DNA of 64,000 nucleotides from Dehalococcoidia bacterium (GTDB taxonomy: Bacteria; Chloroflexota; Dehalococcoidia; Plut-88900): positions 448,001 to 512,000 of the forward strand of contig CBDFLQ010000007.1 in the NCBI GenBank assembly GCA_965249275.1, written 5' to 3'. Position 1 is the stretch's first letter; every line of letters starts with the position of its first letter. A program made the translations under genes and the position numbers. The notes under the pieces are model-generated. The model did no database searches and had not been told where the DNA came from. It was given only the letters and a program-made list of their open reading frames with translations. Of this stretch, positions 27,015 to 38,064 are shown one piece after another.

Positions 27015-28079
27015 TTATTTCTTCGCCTTCTCCAACGCCAGACCGGCCATCAGGTACATGATCACGTACACGATCACCCGGTAAATCACCGCCGACCCCG
27101 GCGGTATGCAGATGAACGACATCCCGCTCAGCCCCCGCCGCCCGACCTCGTGGGCAATCCTGATGACCTCGTAGTCCGTCAGGCCGATAGGCTCGGCAAG
27201 CTCGCCCATTATGTCGCCCGACGCGGGCCCCGCACCCCCCAGCACATCCATGTCGAAGTGTACGTAGACCCCGTCGGTGCCCTGGTAGGCTCGGTCAAGC
27301 TCCTTGATCACACCCTCGATGCCCAGGCTCCGCACTTCCCATGAGGAGATGAACCGCGCCCCATCCCTCAGGTAGCGCCGCACGATGTCCTTCTTCTCCA
27401 GCATGCCCCGCTCCCCGATCTCGACCAGGGTGCTCGGGTGCATGTTCTCAAGGAACTCGTACATCTTATGCTTCCAACTGCCGCTCCCTGCGATGCGAGG
27501 GTCGTTGGTCATCCGGTCAATCTTCGCTGCGTCCCAGTGGGTGTCCAGGCTGACGCACCCTACCTGCCCCGCCGTGTGCTCCGAGATCGACTTGGCAATG
27601 GCAAAAGACCCCAACGGCGAGTTCTGGCCTATCACAATCGGAATGCCCCCGGCTTCAAGCACGTCGCCGACCTTCTCCTCCACCGACGCCTGCGCCTTGA
27701 GAATGTTCTCCGGCGTCTGGGAAACGTTGACCTCTTCCGGGATGTCGGCGTCTCCGTAGTCCACAACGTTCAGGTGCTCGAATACGTCGATGTCGAAGTC
27801 CTGAATGTATCCCGAGCCGTACCTCACCGACTGCTGCCTCACCCTCTTGGGCCCCGATATCCACTCCCACTTGTCCACGCCCGCATACTTGTCCGTAGCC
27901 GTCGCAACGTAGGGCGCCCCGATTATCACGACGTCCTGTCCCTTGAGTTCGTCCTTAGAAGTGACGTGGGGAACGCCCAGGAAGGTGGGCAGTTCGTCGG
28001 CTATCAAGGGGAACTTCCGGCGGCCTGCGAAACTGTTGGCCATGAAGTCTTCCCAGTCGGGGTATTTCATAGAGCACAT
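27015..28079 (-). CDS. Atypical ureohydrolase (arginase/agmatinase superfamily)
   Basis: PTFLGVP, VDYGDAD, DTHWD, HFDMDVL; GGDH replaced by GQNS. Confidence 0.85.
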   Translation of the reverse strand: MCSMKYPDWEDFMANSFAGRRKFPLIADELPTFLGVPHVTSKDELKGQDVVIIGAPYVATATDKYAGVDKWEWISGPKRVRQQSVRYGSGYIQDFDIDVFEHLNVVDYGDADIPEEVNVSQTPENILKAQASVEEKVGDVLEAGGIPIVIGQNSPLGSFAIAKSISEHTAGQVGCVSLDTHWDAAKIDRMTNDPRIAGSGSWKHKMYEFLENMHPSTLVEIGERGMLEKKDIVRRYLRDGARFISSWEVRSLGIEGVIKELDRAYQGTDGVYVHFDMDVLGGAGPASGDIMGELAEPIGLTDYEVIRIAHEVGRRGLSGMSFICIPPGSAVIYRVIVYVIMYLMAGLALEKAKK

Positions 28080-28127
28080 ATTGGTCCTCCTGAGGGTCTT
28101 GGTTGGTTGGGAATCCGGGCGGGCCCG

Positions 28128-29297
28128 TCACCCCATTACTTTGGAAGCATAGTCAACTCTATTCAGGGCATCGTCCCCAAACCGGGACATGCCGAGACTC
28201 GAAATGTCTATAGTCGTAGCCTCACCATCCACAATCATCTCCGCAACGAGCATCCCCACCGCCGGCGACTCCTTGAACCCATGGCCGTTGAACCCCGTGC
28301 AGATGTAGAGTCCTTCTATTCCCTCCATCTTGTCGATTATCGGGTGGCCGTCCGGTGTGTTGGTGTACAGGCCCGCGTAGCCAGTGAAATACTCCGCCTC
28401 CCCCAGCCCCGGGACCCGTTTAGCCACCCGGCCCCACATCGTTTCGATGTAGTCCATCCCCGGCTTCTGGTCGTAATTGTCGGGGTTGGCCTCTATCTCC
28501 AGCTCCACGTCACCCACAAGGGTCAGGTCGGGGCTTTCCGGCCTCATGTACGCCATGGTCACCAGGTCCCCGATCACCGGGTGCTCAGGTATAACGTTCA
28601 TCGGGCGTTTCAGGAAGAACACCTCGTGCCGAGTCGCAGTCAGAGGCATGTCCATCCCGAGCCCCTTCATCACCCTCACCGACCACGGCCCCGCAGCAAC
28701 CACCGCAGTATCCGTCTCAATACGACCCTCTCTGGTCTCAACAGCGACAACCCTGTCATTCACAATCTCTACGTCGAGTGCCGGGTTGTCCAGCAAAACC
28801 TGCGCCCCCATGCCCCGCGCCGCCGACGCAAAGCCCTGTCCCACACTCGGAGGATCGGCATATCCTGACTGTGGCTCGAAGCAGATGGCATCCGACTCAT
28901 CAAATGCGACGTGCGGCGCAACCTCTCGGGCCTGCTTCATGTCCAGGACTCGGGTATCGATCCCCAGCGACTGCTGCATAGCTATGTTGCGCTTGAACGA
29001 CTCCTCAGCCCCCGGCGGTGCGATGAACATGGCCCCTACGTTCACGAACCCCGAGTCTCCACCCACAATCTGGTCGAAGTCCCGGATCGTCTCCAGGCTA
29101 GTCATCGCCAACCGGGCATTAACCTCGCTGGAGTAGTGCATCCGCACAATCCCCGACGACCTGCCGGTCGACCCAGCGCCCAGCGATTCCTTCTCGACCA
29201 GCACCGTATCCGTCACCCCGCGCCGCGCCAGGTTGAACAAGATACTGCACCCCATCACCCCGCCGCCAATGATTACAACGTCAGCCTTGGATTTCAT
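28128..29297 (-). CDS. FAD-dependent oxidoreductase, DAO/sarcosine oxidase beta-like
   Basis: IIGGGVMG, GSTGRSSG, TPDGHPII, GFNGHGFKESPAVG. Confidence 0.9.
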   Translation of the reverse strand: MKSKADVVIIGGGVMGCSILFNLARRGVTDTVLVEKESLGAGSTGRSSGIVRMHYSSEVNARLAMTSLETIRDFDQIVGGDSGFVNVGAMFIAPPGAEESFKRNIAMQQSLGIDTRVLDMKQAREVAPHVAFDESDAICFEPQSGYADPPSVGQGFASAARGMGAQVLLDNPALDVEIVNDRVVAVETREGRIETDTAVVAAGPWSVRVMKGLGMDMPLTATRHEVFFLKRPMNVIPEHPVIGDLVTMAYMRPESPDLTLVGDVELEIEANPDNYDQKPGMDYIETMWGRVAKRVPGLGEAEYFTGYAGLYTNTPDGHPIIDKMEGIEGLYICTGFNGHGFKESPAVGMLVAEMIVDGEATTIDISSLGMSRFGDDALNRVDYASKVMG

Positions 29298-29431
29298 GTC
29301 TCCCTCAACGGCTCCTCAATCTCTGAATGCCAACTCGAATCATATTGTCCGAAGCACCCCCAGTCAATCAATCCATTCCCAACCCTCATGCTACAATATG
29401 CCCACTTCCGAGACCGAAAGAAAGGCCCTCG

Positions 29432-30637
29432 ATGCTGCCTCTCGACGGTATCCGCGTCATAGACCTATCCCAAGGCGTCGCCGGTCCATTCTCTACCCGA
29501 CTCCTCGCCGACCAGGGCGCCGACGTAATCAAGGTCGAATCCCCCACTCTTGGAGACCCCGCCCGACGCCTCGCTCCCTTCGCCAACACTCTCCCTGGCT
29601 CCCAGGCAGGCGGCACGTTCCAATACGTAAACCTCGGCAAGCGCGGCATTACCCTCAACATAGCCAGCGATAGCGGCAGAAGGGTTCTCCGAGAATTAGC
29701 CGCCGGGGCCCATATTCTCGTTGAGAGCTTCGAACCCGGTCTTATTGACACTTTGGGTCTCGGTTTTCGCGAATTGTCGAAGTTCAACCCGGGCCTTGTG
29801 ATGACGTCAGTCACCAATTTCGGGCAGACGGGCCCCTACCGCCAATTCAAGTCCGACGAGATAACCCAGTACGGGATGGGCGGACCCATGTCAGTCACAG
29901 GCTCACCCGACCATCCGCCTCTCAATCTCGCCGACGGAATAGTCTTCCATCAAGCAGGCACCGCCGCAGCACTGGCGACGATGATCGCATTCTTCGAAAC
30001 AGAGGTGACGGGGGTCGGGGAGCATCTCGACATGTCCATCATGGAGATTCAGGCAGGCAATATAGACCGACGCAGCCTGACCTTTCTCTCCTACCAATAC
30101 ACGGGTGAAAGAGGCGGTCGGCTGCCCGCTGGAGCGAGCGCGGTAAGTGGAGTCATCCCTACCAGTAACGGCTACATTGCCTTCGACGCGGGCACCCCGG
30201 CTGCCATGGGGCAACTTCCCACGCTGATAGATGCTCCCGAACTGGCCCAGGACCCTCGCTTTACAGACCCGGACGCCCGCCAAGAACCCGAGAACTCGGA
30301 GATGCTCCAGTTACGCATCTTGGAGTGGGCGTTGAACCAGGATAATCAGACGGCGTGGCAAAAGGCGCAGGCCCATCGTTCAATGGCCGCGCCCATCAAC
30401 AGCGCTGCCGACCTCCTCTCCGACCCGCACTATGCCTATCGAGGCTTCTGGGACCGTATCGAAAGCGCTACGGGGATCACGGCATATCCCGGATCGCCTC
30501 TAACTATGGCCGGGGCCCGAGTCTCGGTCAGACGACCGGCGCCAAGGCTCGGGGAGCACAATGGCGAAATTCTCGGAGGGGAACTGGGGTTCAGCCGGGA
30601 AGAGCTAGGTAAGCTCAGGCAAGCGGGGGTGATTTAG
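29432..30637 (+). CDS. Class III CoA-transferase subunit (catalytic Asp apparently missing)
   Basis: LPLDGIRVIDL, GADVIKVE, NLGKRGITL, APRLGEHN; ATG at 29432 chosen by homology. Confidence 0.9.
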   Translation: MLPLDGIRVIDLSQGVAGPFSTRLLADQGADVIKVESPTLGDPARRLAPFANTLPGSQAGGTFQYVNLGKRGITLNIASDSGRRVLRELAAGAHILVESFEPGLIDTLGLGFRELSKFNPGLVMTSVTNFGQTGPYRQFKSDEITQYGMGGPMSVTGSPDHPPLNLADGIVFHQAGTAAALATMIAFFETEVTGVGEHLDMSIMEIQAGNIDRRSLTFLSYQYTGERGGRLPAGASAVSGVIPTSNGYIAFDAGTPAAMGQLPTLIDAPELAQDPRFTDPDARQEPENSEMLQLRILEWALNQDNQTAWQKAQAHRSMAAPINSAADLLSDPHYAYRGFWDRIESATGITAYPGSPLTMAGARVSVRRPAPRLGEHNGEILGGELGFSREELGKLRQAGVI

Positions 30638-30640
30638 TCG

Positions 30641-31933
30641 ATGACTCGTCTGCCTCTGGAAGGAATCCGAGTCCTGGACATCACGCAGATCTGGGCGGGA
30701 CCCTACACCACTCAGCTGCTAGCTGACTGGGGCGCCGAGGTCATCCGCATCGAGTCAACGCAGATTGCGCCAATATCTACTCGGGTGTGGTCTCTGGAAA
30801 GGATAGACCCTCCCCCTGGTTTATGGTGGCTCGGCTACCCTGACGGGGAGTTGGGCGAAAATCGAGCTAACCGGTGGGCGCTCTTCAACGTTCACGCCCG
30901 CAACAAGCAAAGCGCTACTATGGACCTCACCCGGCCCGAAGGGCGGGCCGTTCTGGATAACCTTCTCCAAATCAGCGACGTACTTGTCGAAAACAACACC
31001 CCCACTACACTGGCAAAGCTCGAAATCGACTACGAGTCCGTACGCAAGCAGCGTCCCGACATCATCATGGTGCGAATGCCGGGATTCGGTCTTGACGGGC
31101 CATACACAAACTACAGGTCCATGGGCAACCACGGCGAGGCCGTATCGGGGCACACGTGGCTGCGCAACTATACGGACACGGATTTCTCGGAAATCAGCAC
31201 GACTACCGTCGGAGACGGAGTAGCTGGCCTCTACGCAGCATTCGCCGCCATGAGCGCGCTGCGGGCTCGGCGGCACACCGGTAAAGGCTGTCTCATAGAG
31301 CTTGCACAGTGCGAATCTATGGCTTCCTTCATGCCTCGGCAAATCCTGGAATACGCCGTCAACCGCCGCATCCCCAAGGCTATAGGCAACCGACACTGGT
31401 CACTGGCTCCCCACGACTGTTTCCCCTGCAAGGGAGAAGACCAGTGGGTCACCCTCGCCATCGGGACCGACGATGAGTGGGAGGCATTCGTTCGTGCGCT
31501 TGGAAGTCCGGAGTGGGCCACCGACCGCCGTTTCGCCACGGTAACCGGCCGCTACAACAACCAGGATGAGATCGGCGATCATATCACCCGCTGGACCCTC
31601 GAGCGGGAGCCTTACGAAGTCGCCACTCTCCTACAGGCTCACGGGGTAGCCGCCGGACCCGTCATCTACAACGAGGACGCCTTCTCCGATCCTCAATACG
31701 AGGCCCGGGGCTTCTTCGAAACCATCACCCAAGAGGACTGCGGAACACATCTGCACCCCGGAATCATGTGGAAAGCCTCGGGGCATCCAAACGAGATTCG
31801 AATGCCACCCTGCCAACTCGGTGAACACAACCCATACATCTACTCGGATCTTCTCGGCTACGGAGAAGACGACTACGCTCGAATGGAAACCGAGGGCCAT
31901 ATCGGCACGACTTACATTGTCGACAACCCGTAG
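30641..31933 (+). CDS. Class III CoA-transferase subunit
   Basis: LPLEGIRVLD, WAGP, ARNKQSATMDL, VGDGVAG (Asp present), LGEHN. Confidence 0.92.
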   Translation: MTRLPLEGIRVLDITQIWAGPYTTQLLADWGAEVIRIESTQIAPISTRVWSLERIDPPPGLWWLGYPDGELGENRANRWALFNVHARNKQSATMDLTRPEGRAVLDNLLQISDVLVENNTPTTLAKLEIDYESVRKQRPDIIMVRMPGFGLDGPYTNYRSMGNHGEAVSGHTWLRNYTDTDFSEISTTTVGDGVAGLYAAFAAMSALRARRHTGKGCLIELAQCESMASFMPRQILEYAVNRRIPKAIGNRHWSLAPHDCFPCKGEDQWVTLAIGTDDEWEAFVRALGSPEWATDRRFATVTGRYNNQDEIGDHITRWTLEREPYEVATLLQAHGVAAGPVIYNEDAFSDPQYEARGFFETITQEDCGTHLHPGIMWKASGHPNEIRMPPCQLGEHNPYIYSDLLGYGEDDYARMETEGHIGTTYIVDNP

Positions 31934-32121
31934 ACTAAACATCCCATCCAAGAAACCACTTGAGCTATGGGGCAGAAAACATCGTGAATTCATGCATTCG
32001 GCACAGGCCGAAACAGGTCTTCCGCAGTCCTGAAAGTCTTCCAAAAAACACACATCGATGCTACCATGTGGCAAGCGCGCCATAGTGCCATAGAGGTGCG
32101 CGAATTTCATAAAATTATTAA

Positions 32122-34251
<2,130 letters not shown>

Positions 34252-34293
34252 TTCCACCGGGTAATCGTAACGGACAGCTAATCGAAGCTACAA

Positions 34294-34324
34294 TGTGGGT
34301 GAGGGCTTTAGGCCCTCACCCACA
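34294..34324 (+). terminator. Hairpin downstream of katG
   Basis: Perfect 13-bp stem TGTGGGTGAGGGC-TTTAG-GCCCTCACCCACA. Confidence 0.7.
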
Positions 34325-34384
34325 AGTTCTGCCCTGGAACTCACGCTGAAGCACCATAGGAAGAGCTAAGCTGGGAGAAACCCC

Positions 34385-34987
34385 ATGACCACCTCCATAG
34401 ACATCCGCCCCGAGAAGCTCGCCCGGTTCGTAGAGGGCGTTGTGGAAGTCTCAAAGATGGGCCTGCCGCCAGAGGAGGCCATCGAGCGCATCTACCCCGA
34501 GTTCCAGCAGATGCTCGACTCCCCGGACTGGCTCGCCGACGAGTTCAAGGTGCCCCTCCCCGAAAAATTCGCCCAGTACCTGGTCCACCGGGAGGAGGAC
34601 AACTCCTTATCTGTAATGGCCATGGTCGTCCCCGCCGGTTGCACCACACCAGTACACGACCACCTGGCCTGGGGACTCGTCGGCGTGTACCAGGGCAGTC
34701 AACTGGAGACCGTCTACCACCGAGAGGACGACGGCTCGGACCCCGACCGCGCCCGCCTCACCCACGTCGCCACCAAAGTCCTGCGCGTCGGGGACATCAC
34801 CCGGCTCATCCCTCCCGACGGCGACATCCACAAGATCGAGACTATGGACAAAGACCAGCCTTCCATCTCGATACACATCCTGGGCAACGACATAGGCTGC
34901 CGTTGGAGACATGCTTTCGAGGTGGAAAAGGAAGTGGTGCTGGACTTCAGGTCGGGGTACGTGAACGCACCCTGCGAAGAGGACTAG
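34385..34987 (+). CDS. Cysteine/3-mercaptopropionate dioxygenase family cupin
   Basis: QYLVH, TPVHDHLAWGLVG, GDIHKI (3-His site), SISIHILG. Confidence 0.85.
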   Translation: MTTSIDIRPEKLARFVEGVVEVSKMGLPPEEAIERIYPEFQQMLDSPDWLADEFKVPLPEKFAQYLVHREEDNSLSVMAMVVPAGCTTPVHDHLAWGLVGVYQGSQLETVYHREDDGSDPDRARLTHVATKVLRVGDITRLIPPDGDIHKIETMDKDQPSISIHILGNDIGCRWRHAFEVEKEVVLDFRSGYVNAPCEED

Positions 34988-35000
34988 CCCCGACTCGGCC

Positions 35001-35996
35001 TCACTGCAAGGCTATCGCGTAGGCATCGCCTACAACTGACAACCCTGGACCCGAGCTACCCCCGATAGAATAGGCAATGCCGTCCACCTTCGCGGTGGCC
35101 GCTCCATGCAGTGCCGAGGGAAGAGGCTGGTAGTTGTGCCACCGGGCGGCTTTTGGATCAAAGCTTTCGACTGAGTCCAAAGCCGTATCGATGTTTTCGC
35201 CGCCCAGAATGAAGAGACGCCCCTTGTGCTCCAGCGCGCCGATACTAGCCCGTCCGACGTTCAATTCCCGCACCTCGGCCCAGGCCCCGGTTGTCGGGTC
35301 CAGCGCCTCTACCAGGTCCAGGCTCGCGACTCCCGTCTCGTCCTTGCCGCCGATCACGTAGATCAGTCGACCCAAAGTCACAGCACTCATGTGGCTTCGC
35401 CCGGTCATCAAGGGAGGCCCTTCCGACCAGGAGTCCCACTCGGGCTCATAGATGTCTATTCGAGACGAGACCGCATCATCCTCCAACCCGCCGATCACGT
35501 ATATCAGGTCGCCGTATACTGTGGCCGTGAGCGCTCCTCGAGCGGCTGGCATTGGGGCAATCTCGCCCCACCAGTCCAACCGAGGTTCATAAAGATACAC
35601 TGCATCCGACGCCTCCCCCCTCCGCCCGGACAGCCCGCCGAACAGGTAAATCTTGTCTACACCATCAACGCTGAAATTGACTGCCGTCGCGTGATGCAGG
35701 CCCTTTGGCAAAGGCGCGGCGTCACTCCAACTGCTGGTACGGGGTTCGAACACTTCGACTTTTGTGGATGAACGACCAAGCTCGTCCAGGCCGCCAATCA
35801 CGTATATCCTGCCTCCGGCCTCTGCCACCGAGGCTGATGTGCGAGGGGTAGGAAGGTCCGGTATGGCAGCCCAACCCTGTTCGGTTACGGGGGTGCCGGT
35901 GGGGTCGGGGGTGGGGCTAGGGGATATGGAGACCGTATAGCACCCGGCTGCAACCAGGACACAGACAACGGCCAGTACAAGTAACCGGAATTTCAT
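35001..35996 (-). CDS. Kelch-repeat beta-propeller lipoprotein
   Basis: Six IYVIGG...W repeats; signal MKFRLLVLAVVCVLVAAGC from ATG at 35996. Confidence 0.9.
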   Translation of the reverse strand: MKFRLLVLAVVCVLVAAGCYTVSISPSPTPDPTGTPVTEQGWAAIPDLPTPRTSASVAEAGGRIYVIGGLDELGRSSTKVEVFEPRTSSWSDAAPLPKGLHHATAVNFSVDGVDKIYLFGGLSGRRGEASDAVYLYEPRLDWWGEIAPMPAARGALTATVYGDLIYVIGGLEDDAVSSRIDIYEPEWDSWSEGPPLMTGRSHMSAVTLGRLIYVIGGKDETGVASLDLVEALDPTTGAWAEVRELNVGRASIGALEHKGRLFILGGENIDTALDSVESFDPKAARWHNYQPLPSALHGAATAKVDGIAYSIGGSSGPGLSVVGDAYAIALQ

Positions 35997-36010
35997 CTTG
36001 CCTATGATAC

Positions 36011-36050
36011 CAAAAAGAAAGGGCCTTTCAATAAGAAAGGCCCCCCTTTG
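36011..36050 (-). terminator. Rho-independent terminator of the aor operon
   Basis: GGGCCTTTC-AATAA-GAAAGGCCC stem followed on the minus strand by TTTCTTTTT. Confidence 0.75.
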
Positions 36051-36070
36051 GCTTGACCGGTTCAGATTCA

Positions 36071-36349
36071 TCAGCCGCCGTTGGCTCCCGGGTTCCGGGC
36101 CCCGCCCGCGAGGGGCGGAAACACGCTCACGACATCGCCTTCCTGTAGCAGTTTCTGTTCCCGCCATTCCTGTTCGGCAGGACAATGCTGGCCGTTGACC
36201 AGGGTCATGTGGGCCAGCTCAGCGGGAATTTCCAGCTTGGCGAGGACCTGCCAAAGGTTGGCGCCCTCCTCCAACTCCATCTCTCCCTTACCCGTGCCGT
36301 TGCCCATCCGGGCCCGCAGGCTGGCAAATAGCTTTATCTCTACTTTCAT
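36071..36349 (-). CDS. MoaD/ThiS-family sulfur carrier
   Basis: MKVEIKLFASLR...LVNG...GDVVSVFPPLAGG plus extension. Confidence 0.88.
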   Translation of the reverse strand: MKVEIKLFASLRARMGNGTGKGEMELEEGANLWQVLAKLEIPAELAHMTLVNGQHCPAEQEWREQKLLQEGDVVSVFPPLAGGARNPGANGG

Positions 36350-36354
36350 GGTAT

Positions 36355-37752
36355 CTACTCGGAACCCGAGTCAGCCTCCGGTATCCCGCCGACCAGTACG
36401 CCGTGCCAATCGGACACTTGCGTCTTGGCAGTGACGTTTTCGTGCCTGTAGCCTCGGTCTGCGGTCTCACCGCCGGTCAGGGTGCTCTTCAGCAGTCCCT
36501 CGGCGACCTTGCAGGCCACGTACGGCTTTCGCACGTCCAGCGGGTTCTCCTTTAGATAGCCCTTCCACTTGCCCAGGTGTGTGCCGGCCTGGATGAAGCC
36601 CTTGACCATGCCCACGTCGTTCAGCGCTCCGACGTCGGATGCCCGGCCTATCATCACCGCTCCCACTATCCGGTCCCCGTCCCACGACAGCCGCCGGTAC
36701 ACCGAGGTTATCGAACTTGAAACGACTATGGTGTCCGCATCGCTCTGCCAGTCTCCGAAGCTCGCTACCTGAAGCCCGACCGCATCAACCACGTTGAACC
36801 CGACGCTCCCGGCGTAGCTCACTTCGTGTCCGGCCATGTTGCACCCGGCCACCCTTCCATGCTCGAAAGCGGTGGGTTGAATTGCGTGAACGGCCTTGGA
36901 GTCGGAGTGGAGGACCGGGCCCTCTGCCACGTCTCCCGCTGCGTAGATCCCGTCCACGCTGGTCGCCATCCTGCCGTCCACAAGGATCCCCTGGCCCGTG
37001 GCAATCCCCGCGCCCGAGGCGAAGTCCATGTTGGTCCTGATGCCCGTGGCCATCACGACCGCGTCGGCTTCCATCTTGTCGCCGTTGCCCAGCTTCACGT
37101 CGCGATGACCGTCGTGCTCACCGATACTGGTCACGCTGGTCCCGGTAATGCACCTAACCCCGTTCTTCTCCAGCCACGCTTCCACTACTTCAGCGGCTTC
37201 GGCGTTGATCATTCTCGGCAATATGTGAGATTCCAGTTCAACGAAAGTGATTGTGTGCCCGCCACCGTGAAGGCCGTCCAGGATAATCAGGCCAATGAAT
37301 CCCGCCCCGACAATCACCACCCTGCTCCCCGCCGAGACACTAGACTTGAAGTTCCGGGCGTCTTCTATGTCCCACATGTTCTGCACGCCCGCCAGGTCGG
37401 CCCCGTCAATCGGGGGTCGGGTGGCGGAGGAGCCGGTGGCTATCAGCAGGTCGTCATATTCGACGGTCGAGCCGTCGCTCAGAGAAACCGACTTCGCCGC
37501 CGCGTCAATTCCCGTGACCTGTGCCCCGAACTTCGTCTCCACGTTCAGACCGGCAAAATAGCCGTCGTCGCCCGTGAATAATGCCTTCTCCTGGATGTCT
37601 CCGGCCAGGTAGTAGGGTAATACCATCCTAGAGTACGCCGGCTCATTGCCTATGAGTGTAATCGAGGAATCGGACTCGTGTGATCTGATCGTCTCGATTG
37701 CCCGGAGTCCTGCCGGTCCCGCACCTACGACTACGTGTCTCTTGTTTGCCAT
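36355..37752 (-). CDS. FAD/NAD(P)-dependent oxidoreductase (AorC-like subunit)
   Basis: VVGAGPAG, YSRMVLPY, LIATGS, IVGAGFIG, IYAAGD; lies in the AOR operon. Confidence 0.88.
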   Translation of the reverse strand: MANKRHVVVGAGPAGLRAIETIRSHESDSSITLIGNEPAYSRMVLPYYLAGDIQEKALFTGDDGYFAGLNVETKFGAQVTGIDAAAKSVSLSDGSTVEYDDLLIATGSSATRPPIDGADLAGVQNMWDIEDARNFKSSVSAGSRVVIVGAGFIGLIILDGLHGGGHTITFVELESHILPRMINAEAAEVVEAWLEKNGVRCITGTSVTSIGEHDGHRDVKLGNGDKMEADAVVMATGIRTNMDFASGAGIATGQGILVDGRMATSVDGIYAAGDVAEGPVLHSDSKAVHAIQPTAFEHGRVAGCNMAGHEVSYAGSVGFNVVDAVGLQVASFGDWQSDADTIVVSSSITSVYRRLSWDGDRIVGAVMIGRASDVGALNDVGMVKGFIQAGTHLGKWKGYLKENPLDVRKPYVACKVAEGLLKSTLTGGETADRGYRHENVTAKTQVSDWHGVLVGGIPEADSGSE

Positions 37753-37757
37753 TTCAC

Positions 37758-38048
37758 CTAACCTCCCGGAAAGCCTCTTACGCCGTGGTACAGCAGGGTT
37801 ACCCTGTCTTCCTTGTCCAACGGCGTTGCCATTCCGTCCAGGAACTTTATATTTCGGCCATTTACCAGTACTTCTACGTCCTCGTTAAGGTCCGACTCGT
37901 CGCCATCCAGGAACAGCAGCGATCTCAACTCGCTCCGACTCCCGTTCGATAACTCTACCAGAAGCCCCTGCACCCGTGGTTGGCTTATCTCTTCTTCTGT
38001 TACTTCCGCTAGCTCTCTCAGCTTTCCCAGATACTTAACCTTAGGCAC
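37758..38048 (-). CDS. MoaD-family sulfur carrier
   Basis: VLVNGRNI...D.V and C-terminal GG (RGFPGG). Confidence 0.85.
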   Translation of the reverse strand: MPKVKYLGKLRELAEVTEEEISQPRVQGLLVELSNGSRSELRSLLFLDGDESDLNEDVEVLVNGRNIKFLDGMATPLDKEDRVTLLYHGVRGFPGG

Positions 38049-38064
38049 GATCTCTACGCAACAG

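Noticed and set aside
35997-36185. N-terminal extension of the kelch ORF in the track
   Set aside because: Overlaps the MoaD gene and a terminator; the lipoprotein signal starts at 35996
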